This document shows, piece by piece, positions 11,190 through 24,780 of a stretch of DNA of 64,000 nt. Position numbers and translations under genes: made by a program. Within the stretch, counting starts at the first letter, position 1, and each line of letters starts with the position of its first letter. Source of the DNA: Octopus sinensis (Eukaryota). Where the stretch lies: contig NC_043002.1 in assembly GCF_006345805.1 (NCBI RefSeq), positions 112,964,001 through 113,028,000 on the forward strand. Reading direction: 5' to 3'. Below the pieces are notes generated by a model. It was given only the letters and a program-made list of their open reading frames with translations, was not told where the DNA came from and searched no databases.

Positions 11190-12230
11190 CAGTGGCGTGG
11201 GGTGACTTCCGGGGTTGGGCATGCAATGAATTTCTTTGCCTCCCCCCCCCCCCCCGGCAATTTTTCAGTAAAAAAATTTTCGATTTCCTACGATTTACAT
11301 ATGGGAGATTCTGAATATGCAATCACCCCCGTATGACCTAGAATAAAAAAAAACGTCGCCCTGGTACTATTTAAGAAGAGTGGTCCCGCTGCGCGCGCTC
11401 GCGCATCCGCGCTGGCTGGTCGTGACTAGTCGATCCTACGACTATCTAGCAAAGTAAATAAATTTTTTAAACAAAATATATAAAACACAAAAACACAAAG
11501 TAAATAATGTTTTAAACAAAGTAAATAAAACACAAAAACACAAAGTAAGGATCGACTAGTCACGACTAGCTGGCGTGGATGCGCGGGTGCGCGAGTGCGC
11601 GCACCGGGATCACTCTTCTTAAATAGTACCCATAAGTGATTTTTAAAGAATCTAAAGAGTCCACAGGAAAGTGTTTGCAATACTCATCAACTTTGTTGAA
11701 ATTTGAAAGTTCCATGAATTTAAACTCTTCTAAGGATGAATATCGTGCTTTTATTTGGTCAACTATTGTACTGATAATTTTGTTATAAAGCATTTTGTAA
11801 TGTCGTTGGGGCTCAATAGATATATTCTTGGATCTCTGAATTCCGATTCCTGCATCGACTCCATATTTTCCCCCTAGCCTATCATAAAAGATTGAAAAAT
11901 TATCAAGTTTGTTTTCGAGTACAGTTCTAGTTTTATCTATTTGCTCTTTACAATACACTATGTCATGACTTTTACTCTGGAGGATGTTAAATAAGACGTC
12001 AGTAAAAGAAAAAATCTCACTGAATACTTCTAACAAAAATAAGAAATCAGGAGCTTTTAAAGTGTGTAAGAATCCAATTGCTGAATTTATGGTGGTATCG
12101 TCCCATGCTTCAGGATTTTCAATGATGTGTTCAAAAAGGCTGATTATGAAATTATAATTTTCCTAATAAGCCGTGAGGAGTAATTCCATTTCTGTTGCTT
12201 TCGGAAATCTTTTTTTAACAATGTTATCTA
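11190..12230 (-). mobile_element. hAT-type transposon remnant
   Basis: CAGTGGCG terminus at 11190; ORF 11566-12036 FLLEVFSEIFSFTDVLFNILQSKSHDI resembles ZMYM1-like hAT transposases. Confidence 0.7.
11363..11630. mobile_element. MITE-like element with ~75-85-bp terminal inverted repeats
   Basis: GGTACTATTTAAGAAGAGTG...CACTCTTCTTAAATAGTACC and GTCGTGACTAGTCGATCCT / AGGATCGACTAGTCACGAC. Confidence 0.75.
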
Positions 12231-12520
12231 ATTTTCGGTAATTTCGTAAAAAATGTACTCAGTCCGTTTATTGTACAAAAAAATAGCTTGCATTCTTTCA
12301 CCGATCTGAATGCTCGACTTGCACGAAATTGTAACCAAATCCAAACAAACCACACCGTACCAAAGGAAAAGGACATAATGTATACACTCAATCACTCTAT
12401 ACACACACCACACACACACACACACACACAACACACACACACACACACACACACACAGACTCATACACGCACACATGCCTGTCTAGACTCTCCTGGCCAC
12501 AAACATATATTCCCACTAAA

Positions 12521-12752
12521 GGCGGCGAGCTGGCAGAAGCGTTAGCACGCCGGGCGAAATGTGTAGCCGTATTTCGTCTGCCGCAACGTCGTGAGTTCAA
12601 ATTCCGCCGAGGTCGACTTTGCCTTTCATCCTTTCGGGGTCGATAAATTAAGTACCAGTTACGCACTGGGGTCGATGTAATCGACTTAATCCGTTTGTCT
12701 GTCCTTGTTTGTCCCCTCTGTGTGTAGCCCCTTGTGGGTAGTAAAGAAATAT
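12521..12752 (+). mobile_element. SINE family B, full length
   Basis: complete head, central motif and tail. Confidence 0.9.
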
Positions 12753-12805
12753 ATATTCCAACTAAATCTGCCGTCTGCCACAAACTTAGTTCAAGGCTCA
12801 AATCT

Positions 12806-12964
12806 GTTTCTTAACTACCCACAAGGGGCTAAACACAGAGGGGACAAACAAGAACAGACAAACGGATTAAGTCGATTACATCGACCCTAGTGCATAACTG
12901 GTACTTATTTAATCGACCCCGAAATGATGAAAGGCAAAGTCGACCTCGGCGGAATTTGAACTCA
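12806..12964 (-). mobile_element. SINE family B, 5'-truncated, inverted relative to its neighbour
   Basis: reverse complement of the B 3' two-thirds. Confidence 0.9.
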
Positions 12965-14281
12965 TACAAACACGTGTGCGCTCACAAACTAAAACACACA
13001 CAAACACACATGTACTTTCTCTCTCTCTCTCTCCCTCTCTCCCTCTCTTTCTCTCTCTCCCTCTCTCGTTCTCATTCACTGAAAAAGAAAGAGCCTGGAA
13101 GCGATCGTTCAACCTTGTAGCTGTAACAGCTAAATCTTGCTCAGTCAGGAACGGAGACAATAGTGTAGTTCTACAAATCACCGAAAAGACGAGATGGTTG
13201 CAGCTGGAATATTTTTTCACCATGTCATTTCCATCAAATCTACAGTCACACACACACACACACACACACACACATTCTTCACATAAACAAGTATTCGCTC
13301 TGAAACAATGCTTGACCATCTGCTACTAAAAATAAAACTTCATCCCTCGGTAATAAACATGTAAAGCGATTGCTATGACGACACGTGCGACGACACTTCA
13401 CAACGGTCACATCTCATTAACTTCCCTAATCAGGTAACTAATCAAAATATACCTTGTTCTGCTCTGTTAATTGTCTAATGCCAAGTATAATGGTCGAAGG
13501 ACGGCAGGAGTTGTTGACGTCACATCCAGCAGTAGAGTAGATTTGTTTACAATTCACAGAATGATAGTACAGCCGGCAGCGGCTGCTGCTGCTGCTGCTT
13601 CCTCTGCAATATGTGTATGTTCATTTCTGAGACGGACATTACGAAGTTGAATGCATATAGGTTATATTTGTTACTTTTTAACTGCTTAAATTTGTTAGTC
13701 TTTTATTTTTCTGTTCTCGTTTTTTTTTTTTTTTTTATATCTCCCCAGCCATATCATCATCCCTCTCTGAACTGTTTCTGATCAAAGGCATTCCAGCCGC
13801 GACTATCCGACTTCCTTTTTTTTGTTTTTTGTTTTTTTGCAAGGTAATAACGTGTTTTAAAGGAAATCTGATTGTTCTTGTGTTTTATGCAGTTGGACCG
13901 ACAACGCAAAAACTCTCTCATTGGTTGCTTTGCTCATATTGTATCAGACACGTGCCGTCAATAAATATACAGGCCAAATACTAAATTGTCAAAATGAAAG
14001 ACATTATCACTATGTGATAATACAAAAGATTATTTTCACAACAAAAGTATTTACTTTATATAAACTTTTCCTTATGTTTGCAAATATACATGTCTGTCCG
14101 TCTGCCTCTATAGTTACTCTTTTACTCTTTTACTTGTTTCAGGTAGAGGAAGTGTTCTCTTGGTGTTAAAAAATTTGCAGCAACGTCTGTTCGAACGGTA
14201 CAGCTATGCTGAAGTGCAGATAAACATTACTTGCCAGTACAGTTACTGCGTTCATATCTTAGAGAGATATTAGAACTCTCT

Positions 14282-14494
14282 CTTTCTCTTTTCTCTTTTA
14301 CTTGTTTCAGTCATTTGACTGCGGCCATGCTGGAGCACCGCCTTTAATCGAGCAACTCGACCCCGGGACTTATTCTTTGTAAGCCCAGTAATTATTCTAT
14401 CGGTCTCTTTTTGCCGAACCGCTAAGTGACGGGGACATAAACACACCAGCATCGGTTGTCAAGCAATGCCAGGGGAACAAACACAGACACACAA

Positions 14495-14567
<73 letters not shown>

Positions 14568-14732
14568 TACGACAGGCTTCTTTCAGTTTCCGTCTACCAA
14601 ATCCACTCACAAGGCTTTGGTCGGCCCGAGGCTATAGTAGAAGACACTTGCCCAAGGTACCACGCAGTGGGACTGAACCCAGAACCATGTGGTTGGTAAA
14701 CAAGCTACTTACCACACAGCCACTCCTGCGCC
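14282..14732 (-). mobile_element. SINE family C, full length
   Basis: reverse complement from the GGCGCAGGAGTGGCTGTGTGG head to the GAAACAAGTAAAAGAG tail, with internal (TA)n. Confidence 0.9.
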
Positions 14733-15062
14733 TAAATTCTTTGCTTGTTGAAACAGAGATATCTTAACGTCTAAGACGTCATCAGAAAGTTACAAGATAA
14801 AAACTGATATTTCGAAAATGTATGTTATTATTTAAAAAGGAGTCGGCTTTGATCGAGTATGCCTGTGAACAAAGCAGTTCCAGTCGTGTCTATTTTCATT
14901 TATTGTTTATCCAGGGCAATTTTGTATAATGCATTCTTTTTTGAAACAATTGGATGTTATTTAATGGAATTTAACTGTTATATCAGCAGGTCAAACTATA
15001 CGTAGAGGCACCCATTTAAATATGTTCCTGCGTATGTGAATGCATGAATGTTTATATATATG

Positions 15063-15520
<458 letters not shown>

Positions 15521-16144
15521 AATGATTTGAGACAGAGAAGAGAAACTGTACAGTTGTAGAAATTAGTTGTCCAGCAGATGTTAACATAAACCTGAAGATC
15601 AGTGAAAAAGAGAACACCTATGCTGAACTATTGAAAAATCTGCAGATACTCTATCCAGATTACAAGTTTAGGTTTATACCTGTAATTATTGGGGCCCTGG
15701 GATATGCAACACAATGCCTAAATACCATTCTTGAGAAATTAGGTTTCTCAAAGCCAGAAAGGAGAAAGCTAAGTCGAAGACTACAGATCCAATCCATCAC
15801 TGGAACTAAAAATCTGTAAAACTTTCCAGACGTTTATCATTTATGTATATATGAGCATGTCTAGATATGCAAATATATGCATGAGAATACATACATATAG
15901 CAAAACATACAAACCTGCACATACATACATACATACATACATATATACATACATACATACATACATACATGCATGCATGCATACATACATACACACATAC
16001 ATACATACATACATACATACATACATACATACAATCAAAAATACCCTAGTGTTGATGTTGAATTTCAAATGAAGGGCCTTGGAACTAGGTTAGAAACCGG
16101 TTCTTTCTCTATTGGCAAGAAATCTTGAAATAAACTGAATAATG
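15521..16144 (+). mobile_element. 5'-truncated non-LTR retrotransposon with restriction-like endonuclease (R4/NeSL/CRE-type) C-terminus
   Basis: [29 protein letters not shown]...FIPVIIGALG fits the RLE C-terminal motif; (CATA)n on both sides. Confidence 0.8.
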
Positions 16145-16194
16145 ACATACATACTTACATACGTGCGTGCGTACGTGCGTCTGTGTGCATGCAA

Positions 16195-16345
16195 GTGTAT
16201 GTATGTGTGTATGCATATGTGTATGTATGTACGTATGCATGTATGTATGTATGTATGTATGTATGTATGTATGTATATCTGTTTGTATGTATGTATGTAT
16301 GTATGTATGTATGTATGTATGTATGCATGTATGTATGTATGTATG

Positions 16346-16376
<31 letters not shown>

Positions 16377-16490
16377 GTATACATACGTATGTATGTATGA
16401 ATGTATGTATGTATGTATGTATGCATGTATGTATGTATGTATGTATGTATGTATGTATGTATGTATGTATGTATGTATGTATGTATGTAT
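16195..16490. repeat. (TATG)n microsatellite
   Basis: direct reading. Confidence 0.95.
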
Positions 16491-16649
16491 TCGTATGTCG
16501 CTTATTATAGTCACGGATCACAACCAGTTACGATTATCAAAATAAGTGGATTCCAAAGATTTTAATCGCTGACGTTATCTGCTAGTTATTTTTATCTAAG
16601 AAACTTTCAAAGAAAGTGACCATAATAAACGGCTTCTACAACACACACG

Positions 16650-16693
<44 letters not shown>

Positions 16694-16857
16694 TATGTAT
16701 GTGTGTATACGTGTACGTACGTGTCTATGTGTCTGCGCGAAAAGAAAAAGACTCACGATTGGTTGAATTATTGCTGACGTAAATGAGACATTGAAAGGAA
16801 GTCAGAAATAATTACGACGAGGCATTTAACTACGAGAGTATAACCATAACAAGGGTT

Positions 16858-16947
16858 GTAGTGGTGGTGGTGGTGGTGGCGGTGGTGGTGGTGGTGGTGG
16901 TGGTAGTGGTGGTGGTGGTGGTGGTGGTGGTGGTGGTGGTGGTGGTG
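16858..16947. repeat. (GGT)n microsatellite
   Basis: direct reading. Confidence 0.95.
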
Positions 16948-17025
16948 GCAAAGTAACACGAAATCTTTTGTCCTTTAATTCTTTCGCTATAGTTTCATAC
17001 AAGATAGTCAATTTATCTGCAGCGC

Positions 17026-17035
17026 ATATATATGC

Positions 17036-17081
<46 letters not shown>

Positions 17082-17706
17082 GCACATACATACACACATA
17101 CATGCATACATACATGCATACATACACACACACACATACATACATACATACATACATACATACACACATACATACATACATACATACATACATACATACA
17201 CACACACACATACATACATACATACATAAATACATACATACACACATACATCCATACATACATACATACATACATACACACACACACATACATACATACA
17301 TACATACATACATACACACATACATACATACATACATACATACATACATACATACACACACACACATACATACATACATACATAAATACATACATACACA
17401 CATACATACATACATACATACATACACACATACATACATACATACATACATACATACATACACACATACATACATACACACACACACATACATACATACA
17501 TACATACATGCATGCATACATACATACATACATACATACATACATACATACATACATGCATGCATGCATACATACATACATACATACATACATACATACA
17601 TACAATACATACATACATACATACACACACATACATACATACATACATACATACATACATGCATACATGCATACATACACACACACACATACATACATAC
17701 ATACAT

Positions 17707-17739
<33 letters not shown>

Positions 17740-18496
17740 TACATACATACATACATACATACATACATACACACATACATACACACATACATACTACATA
17801 CATACATACATACATACATACATACATGCATACATACATACATACACACACACACATACATACATACATACATAATACATACATACACACATACATACAT
17901 ACATACATGCATACATACATACATACATACATACATACATACATACATACATACATGCATGCATACATACATACACACACACACATACATACATACATAT
18001 ATACATACATACACACATACATACATACACACACACATACATACATACATACATACATGCATGCATACATACATACATACATACATACATGCATACATAC
18101 ATACACACATACATACATATACACACACATACATACATACATACATACATACATACATACATACATACATGCATGCATACATACATACATACATACATAC
18201 ATACATACATACATACATACACACATACATACATACACACACACACACATACATACATACATACATACATGCATGCATACACACATACATACATACATAC
18301 ATACATACATACATACATACATACATACATACATACATGCATACATACATACATACACACACACACATACATACATACATACACACACACATACATACAC
18401 ACATACATACACACATACATGCATACATACATGCATACATACATACACACATACATACATACACACACACACACATACATACATGCATGCATACAT

Positions 18497-18536
<40 letters not shown>

Positions 18537-18646
18537 ACATACATACATACATACATACATACATACATACATACATACATACATACATACATACATACAC
18601 ACACACACGTACATTCATACATACATACATTCACACATACATACAC
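17026..18646. repeat. 1.6-kb compound (TA)n/(TACA)n/(CA)n/(TGCA) satellite
   Basis: direct reading; the long MYVC/HTYI ORFs here are artefacts. Confidence 0.95.
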
Positions 18647-18874
18647 GTTTATGTAGTTGTTTTGCAAAATTGTTGATGTGAAATCATGTGTTGGAATAGA
18701 TATTGTTATATTTGGGGGTGGTCATATTTTGCCAATTAAACATGCGCATTATATATTTGATCTTCACTTTATTATTAATATCATCATCATCATCATCATC
18801 ATCATCATAATCATAATCATCATCATCATCATCATCATCATCATTATTATTATTGTTATTATTATTATTATTAA

Positions 18875-19057
18875 GACGGCGAGCAAGCAGAATCGTTAGC
18901 ACGCTGGGCGAAATGCTTAGCGGTACTTCACACGTTGCTCTGATCTGAGTTCAAATTCCGCCGAGGTGGACATTGCATTCCATCCTTTCAAGATAGATAA
19001 AATAATGCCAGTTGAACATGGGTCGATGTAATTTTGCCTTGTGGCAAAATTTGAAAC

Positions 19058-19060
<3 letters not shown>
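18875..19060 (+). mobile_element. old SINE family B copy between (ATC/ATT)n tracts
   Basis: head and GAGTTCAAATTCCGCCGAGG. Confidence 0.75.
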
Positions 19061-19124
<64 letters not shown>

Positions 19125-19603
19125 GTTATTATTAGTTTATTTGTCCAAGTCCTTTAACGGTTTTCTATCCCACGTGTCTCTTCATGCCCTGTCGGTTCCA
19201 TTTTGTCTTTCTGTGGTATGTATCCCTATCTGTGCATGTACTTATGTCTATATGTATGTGTGTATGAGTGCGCGCGTGTGTGTGTGTGTGTCTATGCGTT
19301 TAATATGTGTGTCCTGTGTGCATGTGTATGTTACACTGTTTGTACCTGTGCCTTTTGTTTACTTTTTCTTTCTCATTCTGTCTTTAGTATGTGTACGTAT
19401 GTCTTGTGTGTGTGTGTATATGGGTTTGTATATTATACTGTTTGTACCCGTGTCTTTTATTTATTTATTTTATTTCGTTTTGGGATTTGATTTGCAAGAT
19501 TCTTTATATGAGTTCCTGTGTTGAAGCATATTCTGTTGTGTCTGGGGAGAGTCATTTTCACACTCACCGGTAAAATTTCCATTTTTTTCTTATTTTTATT
19601 TTC

Positions 19604-19640
19604 CTAAAATTTTCGTTGCGTCGTGCAACCTTTTCAATAG
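19604..19640 (-). ncRNA. variant minimal hammerhead-like motif (U3/A8 core)
   Basis: minus strand: CTA-TTGAAAA-G-GTTGC(acgac)GCAAC-GAAA-AT-TT-TAG. Confidence 0.55.
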
Positions 19641-20277
19641 TTTTGAGTTAAAAAGAGACGATGAGCGATGGCTAGAAGTATATTGAGTTCTTCATAACCA
19701 GCTGATCTAGCAAGCGGGGCCTCATATCAGTGAGGGGGGGGGGCGGTGCGCATTGATGCCGTGAAGAGGTAGGCCCCGAAACGGCGCGCATTCTCTCCTG
19801 ATGACCCCATACACTTGCTAGCTTCCGGTATACGGAGCTTTTAACTGGTAGCACTTGCATGTGCAAGTTGTTTGCAAGACATATAAGGCACAAAAAGAAA
19901 ATGCCTCTCCCCAGACACAACAGAATATTTATTTATTGTTTTCCTCATTCTGTCTTCAGTTGTCAGGGTGCGTAGTGTGGTGCAGTGAGTGCATGCTACT
20001 ACTCCACACACGCTTTCTGCTAAGGTTCGGTCTATACTCTATAACGTGTGTGACCTCCGTAATCTGTCTCAGTGTCGTGCCTGTTCTATGTCTCGATAGT
20101 ATCCAAGCATCTGTGTTATCAGCTTAGCCGCCATGTTATGATTGAGCATGTCGGTAGAGCACTGACGAGTTTTTCTCCTCCTTCAACACCCGCCACTGTT
20201 GCGTCCTGTCTCTCCGCTGTACCTCGTTGTTGTCTTGTTTCTGCACCGTCCTCTATGCACACTATACTATAGACTAT

Positions 20278-20835
20278 GTTCCTGGACAATTCATGAGGCA
20301 CCCATTTTCCAAGTTTAGGAACCTTTCCATGTTGTTGAAGATGATGATGAATAGTTGTATGGTTTGAACTAAGCATTATTGCCAATTCTTCAACTGATAA
20401 TGCAGGATTTTCTTCAAGTAATGCTTCAAGGAGCTTATCATCAAATTCAACTGGACGTCCTGTTCGATCTTCATCTTCAAGGCTGAAATCTCCACTTCCG
20501 AATTTTGCAAACCATCTTCTGCAAGTTCTTTCATTCAAGCATTCTTTCCCATAAACTGAGTGTATGTTTCGAGTAGCTTCGGCTGTAGAGTTTCCTTTTT
20601 TGTACTCATAAAGAATTGTGTGCCTCAAATGTTCTTTGGATACTTCCGTATTGGAAAGGGTTTTAATCAAAAAATTTAAATTTTATTATTCTGTAAGATA
20701 ATATTTAATTAGTTTAAATGTACACAAATGCATAACAATAATTTTTAATTCCATTAGACATTCTAAAATACTATTAAATTTCATTCAATTTTAAAAAATG
20801 GTAAAATCGGACAGAACATATGGGATGACCTGATA
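20278..20835 (-). mobile_element. mariner (Mos1-like) element, 5' TIR plus transposase N-terminal HTH domains, 3'-truncated
   Basis: HLRHTILYEYKKG...ERTCRRWFAKFGSGDFSLED..RTGRP...KLGKWVPHEL (WVPHEL motif); TIR-like TATCAGGTCATCCCATA. Confidence 0.9.
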
Positions 20836-21304
20836 CATTTATACATGTACCTAAATATTGTATGTTGACCCACATAAGTACATATAATTGCATAAAGTAT
20901 ATGAATATATATATATATATATATATAACCTATATATATATATATATATCCATACCATCCACCTACTTTATACTCGTATTTTCTACACGTTCCACTTAAT
21001 TACTAAGTATATATATGCATTCTATAAATGTACTAACACTAAGATTAATCACCTACTTGAAGACTTTTCTCTTACAAACACTACAATCTACTATTAAATA
21101 AATCTTTATATTCTTGATTGCATAATTATACCTTAATATCAACAATAATCTCGGTTCTGCCTGGAATATAGTTTATATTCATACATACAGTATGCTTTGC
21201 TTACATAATAATAATTATTATTATTATATCCCCACCCAGAAATTTATTTTTAAATTTGTTTTATCTGTCATTTAATCCAAGCCCTTTATTGTAAATAGAC
21301 AAAA

Positions 21305-21560
21305 AGAGATAACCCGTTGTTCCTCATGGGATTCCATACTGGTTCGAGGGAATCTTTTAGGATTCTTGCACGTTCAGCTATGCATAACTTGCAACGCTTC
21401 GCCCCGTTGATGTAGGGGCCTGGGTTCTCGAGGATTTTCCATGAGATCGAGTATGGAATCCCATCATCTCTTAGTTGCCAGACGTGGCTGGCCAGTGATG
21501 TTACGTATCACCTTTCCGGAACTCTGAAGGAGGACCTGTGGTTGGAGAGACATTGCTTAA
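21305..21560 (-). pseudogene. Penelope-like GIY-YIG C-terminal fragment, second family
   Basis: minus-strand translation NHRSSFR...TSLASHVWQLRDDGIPYSISWKIL..PGPYINGAKRCKLCIAE. Confidence 0.75.
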
Positions 21561-21740
21561 AAGAGTTCCCGGAACATCCAATGTATCTCCTTGGCGTGTG
21601 TTGTCGGTCCTGTACCTGCTGGTGTTGTTGTTATTGTTGTCATAGGCCAACAGGTTTTGGGGATCTGACGATACGCCATGCAGCTAAACCCTTTACGGAC
21701 GGGAAAGCTAATGTATTCCCATAATATATATATGTATGTG

Positions 21741-21771
<31 letters not shown>

Positions 21772-21876
21772 ATAGCGAACTCTAACTATCGCTCTGGCGT
21801 ACAGGTGTATAGATATGTGTGTGTGTTTGTGTATCTTTATATATATGCACACACAACACCACACACAACACACACC

Positions 21877-21990
<114 letters not shown>

Positions 21991-22151
21991 TTATACATAC
22001 ATATAGTTAATAAAACAAAATGGAGAAGAAAAAAATATAGTGGATACTTGGTTAAATTTATTGGTATCGCTATGAAAAAGTACTACATATAAGATTCAGG
22101 ATATAAGGAGACCTGATCAACAAAATAAATAACCAAAAAAATAACTAAAAC

Positions 22152-22253
22152 ATCCTACATATGTTTCAATCCGGCCTTAGGTTTGGATTATCAGCATATA
22201 AGCTATTTTCGATGTAAAAAAAAAAACACATTTAGTCGGATATCTTCAGGGAT
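22152..22253 (-). ncRNA. minimal type I hammerhead ribozyme, canonical core
   Basis: minus strand: ATCC-CTGAAGA-T-ATCCG...CGGAT-T-GAAA-CATATG-TA-GGAT; GUA cleavage triplet, palindromic stem III. Confidence 0.75.
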
Positions 22254-22392
22254 AGATGTGAACCTTCAGGTGTTGAACAACGAAATAAACTAAGGTGAGG
22301 ACCGTGTTTTCAAATATTCAAACGTAAAAAATAATTTATTAGGACGCCGAGTTCATGTGAGGAGATATTATACATTGAAATTTTTCTAAAAT

Positions 22393-22626
22393 ACCTATTT
22401 CTTTACTACCCACAAGGGGCTAAACACAGAGAGGACAAACAAGGACAGACAAACGGATTTAGTCGATTATATCGACCCCAGTGCGTAACTGGTACTTAAT
22501 TTATCGACCCCGAAAGGATGAAAGGCAAAGTCGACCTCGGCGGAATTTGAACTGAGAACCTAGCGACAGACGAAATACTGCTGAGCATTTCACCCGGCGT
22601 GCTAACGGTTCTGCCAGCTCGCCGCC
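22393..22626 (-). mobile_element. SINE family B, full length
   Basis: reverse complement of the B consensus. Confidence 0.9.
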
Positions 22627-23051
22627 TTCATATTTTGCTAAAATACCATAATGTATTTGAAAAATATACATATAAGGGATTAAGGTACATAAATAAGTCA
22701 TTTAATTATTATATGGGATGTTATGGGCTGTCAGGGTATTAAAGACAGAATGAGAGATGAAATAGATATTTGAGGGGAAAAACATAAATGGTTTTGGGAA
22801 ATAAAAGAGGAAAATAATTTTATATATGCTACAATAACTTATTAATTATTTATCAATTCTATGTTCTAACATATAGATTCCCATATTCAGAGAAAAGTTA
22901 TTGTTTACTTACTACGGAGATGAATATAAATATTTATGCCAAAAAAATATAAGTATATAGAGAGGATAAAGCAGATTTTATGAGGGGAGAAAATAATGAA
23001 AAGAGACGAAATGGGAGAAAGGTGGGATAAAAACACATGTAGTTTTATGTA

Positions 23052-23434
23052 GTGGAGGCACAATGGCCCAGTGGTTAGGGCAGCGGACTCGCGGTCGGAG
23101 GATCGCGGTTTCGATTCCCAGACCGGGCGTTGTGAGTGTTTATTGAGTGAAAACACCTAAAAGCTCCACGAGGCTCCGGCAGGGGATGGTGGTGATCCCT
23201 GCTGTACTCTTTCACCACAACTTTCTCTCACTCTTACTTCCTGTTTCTGTTGTACCTGTATTTCAAAGGGCCGGCCTTGTCACTCTCTGTGTCACGCTGA
23301 ATATCCCCTAGAACTGCGTTAAGGGTGCACGTGTCTGTGGAGTGCTCAGCCACTTACACGTTAATTTCACGAGCAGGCTGTTCCGTTGATCGGATCAACC
23401 GGAACCCTCGTCGTCGTAACCGACGGAGTGCTTC
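23052..23434 (+). mobile_element. SINE family D (young tRNA-derived)
   Basis: A-box TGGCCCAGTGG, B-box GGTTTCGATTCC; TSD-like AGTTTTAT; five near-identical copies. Confidence 0.92.
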
Positions 23435-23754
23435 TAAGTTTTATAAGGTACGAATGGTGAAAATGCAAAGAGGCGATCGAAAAGCAAACAAAGTATGTAG
23501 TATGCATCTTAGGCGGTACGCAAAAATAAAATCCGACTGATTGTTGAAAATAATCACAAAATTAACACAGATTAACATTGTCACTTGATACTATCACACA
23601 CGGACGTAGCGGAGAACCTACAAGCATTTCTAGACCAGTCATGTGACTATCTTCAACCAATCAAATCCTATTCAAAACATATACTAATTTGAGCCATAAA
23701 CTCCCGATAAAAATAGGGCAGGCTTCAAACACTAGTCAGAAGCAACCCATTTTG

Positions 23755-24260
23755 AAAATAAAGAGGAGACGCTTATTGTTGTAAATAAGCGAAAGAGAGA
23801 GGAGCGGGGTAGCTCTCCGACAGAGAACCTAAAACGAAAGAAGGAAGTAGAGGAGAAAACAGTGGTGGTACAGAGGAACTGGGCAGATATACCAGCAGTA
23901 GTATCACAACATAGAGTGGAGGATAAAATGGTGGACGATTGTGGTTACGTACAGACGGAGGAAGCAAAGGAAATGACTAGCCCGGACAGTTCAGGTCTGG
24001 GGCGTAAATACTAATAAGAAGAGGTAGCATGTAGTAACATATTTAAAAAGTACCGCTATAGAGTGGAAAATAACGAAGTTTGAAGGTGCCATAAGGATTG
24101 AATTACCAGCTGGACGTTACTCGGAACACAGAAAGGGAGTGGGGATTGACAAGGAACAGTATTAAAGAGGCGACCGAAAAGCAAAAAAAAGAAGAGCATG
24201 CAATATGCATCCCAGGCAGTAAACAAAAGGAAAATAGAACAGTGTGCTGACATTTAGTAG
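23755..24260 (+). mobile_element. 3' continuation of the gag-like ORF1 element at 25190-26211
   Basis: the first ~50 bp are identical to 26162-26211; right end uncertain. Confidence 0.6.
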
Positions 24261-24579
24261 AGATGACCCGGAAGTTGTTGCTCTTCGATTACTATCGCAA
24301 ACAGCAGTAGCTTTCTTCAGCTGAATACACGTCGTTGACTGGTTAAAATTACCCAAATACGACAACTTTAACACGAAATAAACTTCTAAAATACGAAATT
24401 TTGTCAAATTTGTTGAAAGTAAACCGTGTTCAGTGTGAGGAATTTCCCCAGTATACGAAGTTTCAAACTGTTTAGTTAATTTTTTTTTTAATCTGAGAGC
24501 AAAACTGAGAGATATATATATTTATATATTATATATATATATATAATATATATATATATATAATATATATATATATATA

Positions 24580-24780
24580 GTTAATCCAAACAAGAAAACA
24601 ACAAAAAAAACACAACAACGCGCGAGGACGTGGAACAAATATTGGACGCTCAGGAAAGAAGGTAAGAAGGAGGGTTTAATGTTTCGAGCGGAGCTCTTCG
24701 TCGGAAACATAGAAGGAAAGATCCCAAGAAGGGAAGACAGAGGAAAAAAATCGCCAGCGGTACTCACGAGGTCACATAAT
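24580..24780 (-). mobile_element. PLE-type terminal repeat fragment with hammerhead-like motif at 24674-24708
   Basis: inverted homologue of 36635-36850; GTTT-CCGACGA-A-GAGC(tcc)GCTC-GAAA-CA-TT-AAAC. Confidence 0.65.

Noticed and set aside
16060-16110. hammerhead-like GAAACCGGTT in the RLE element 3' UTR
   Set aside because: No acceptable core (CAAATGA) and no stem I pairing.
16826-18681. ORFs of 250-613 aa (MYVC/HTYI repeats), similar ones at 14991-16545, 51698-52446 and 57109-58548
   Set aside because: They are translations of stop-free (TACA)n/(CA)n/(GATA)n microsatellites and are open in several frames on both strands.
19652-20277. possible LINE C-terminal remnant fused to the mariner ORF 20119-20670
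   Set aside because: Only a faint resemblance (GIFFLCLICLA); the ORF extension past WVPHEL is read-through beyond the truncation point, not a credible fusion gene.
23052-23125. tRNA genes at SINE heads (families B, C, D)
   Set aside because: A and B boxes are present, but each continues into a multi-copy SINE body, often with a TSD; no clean cloverleaf.
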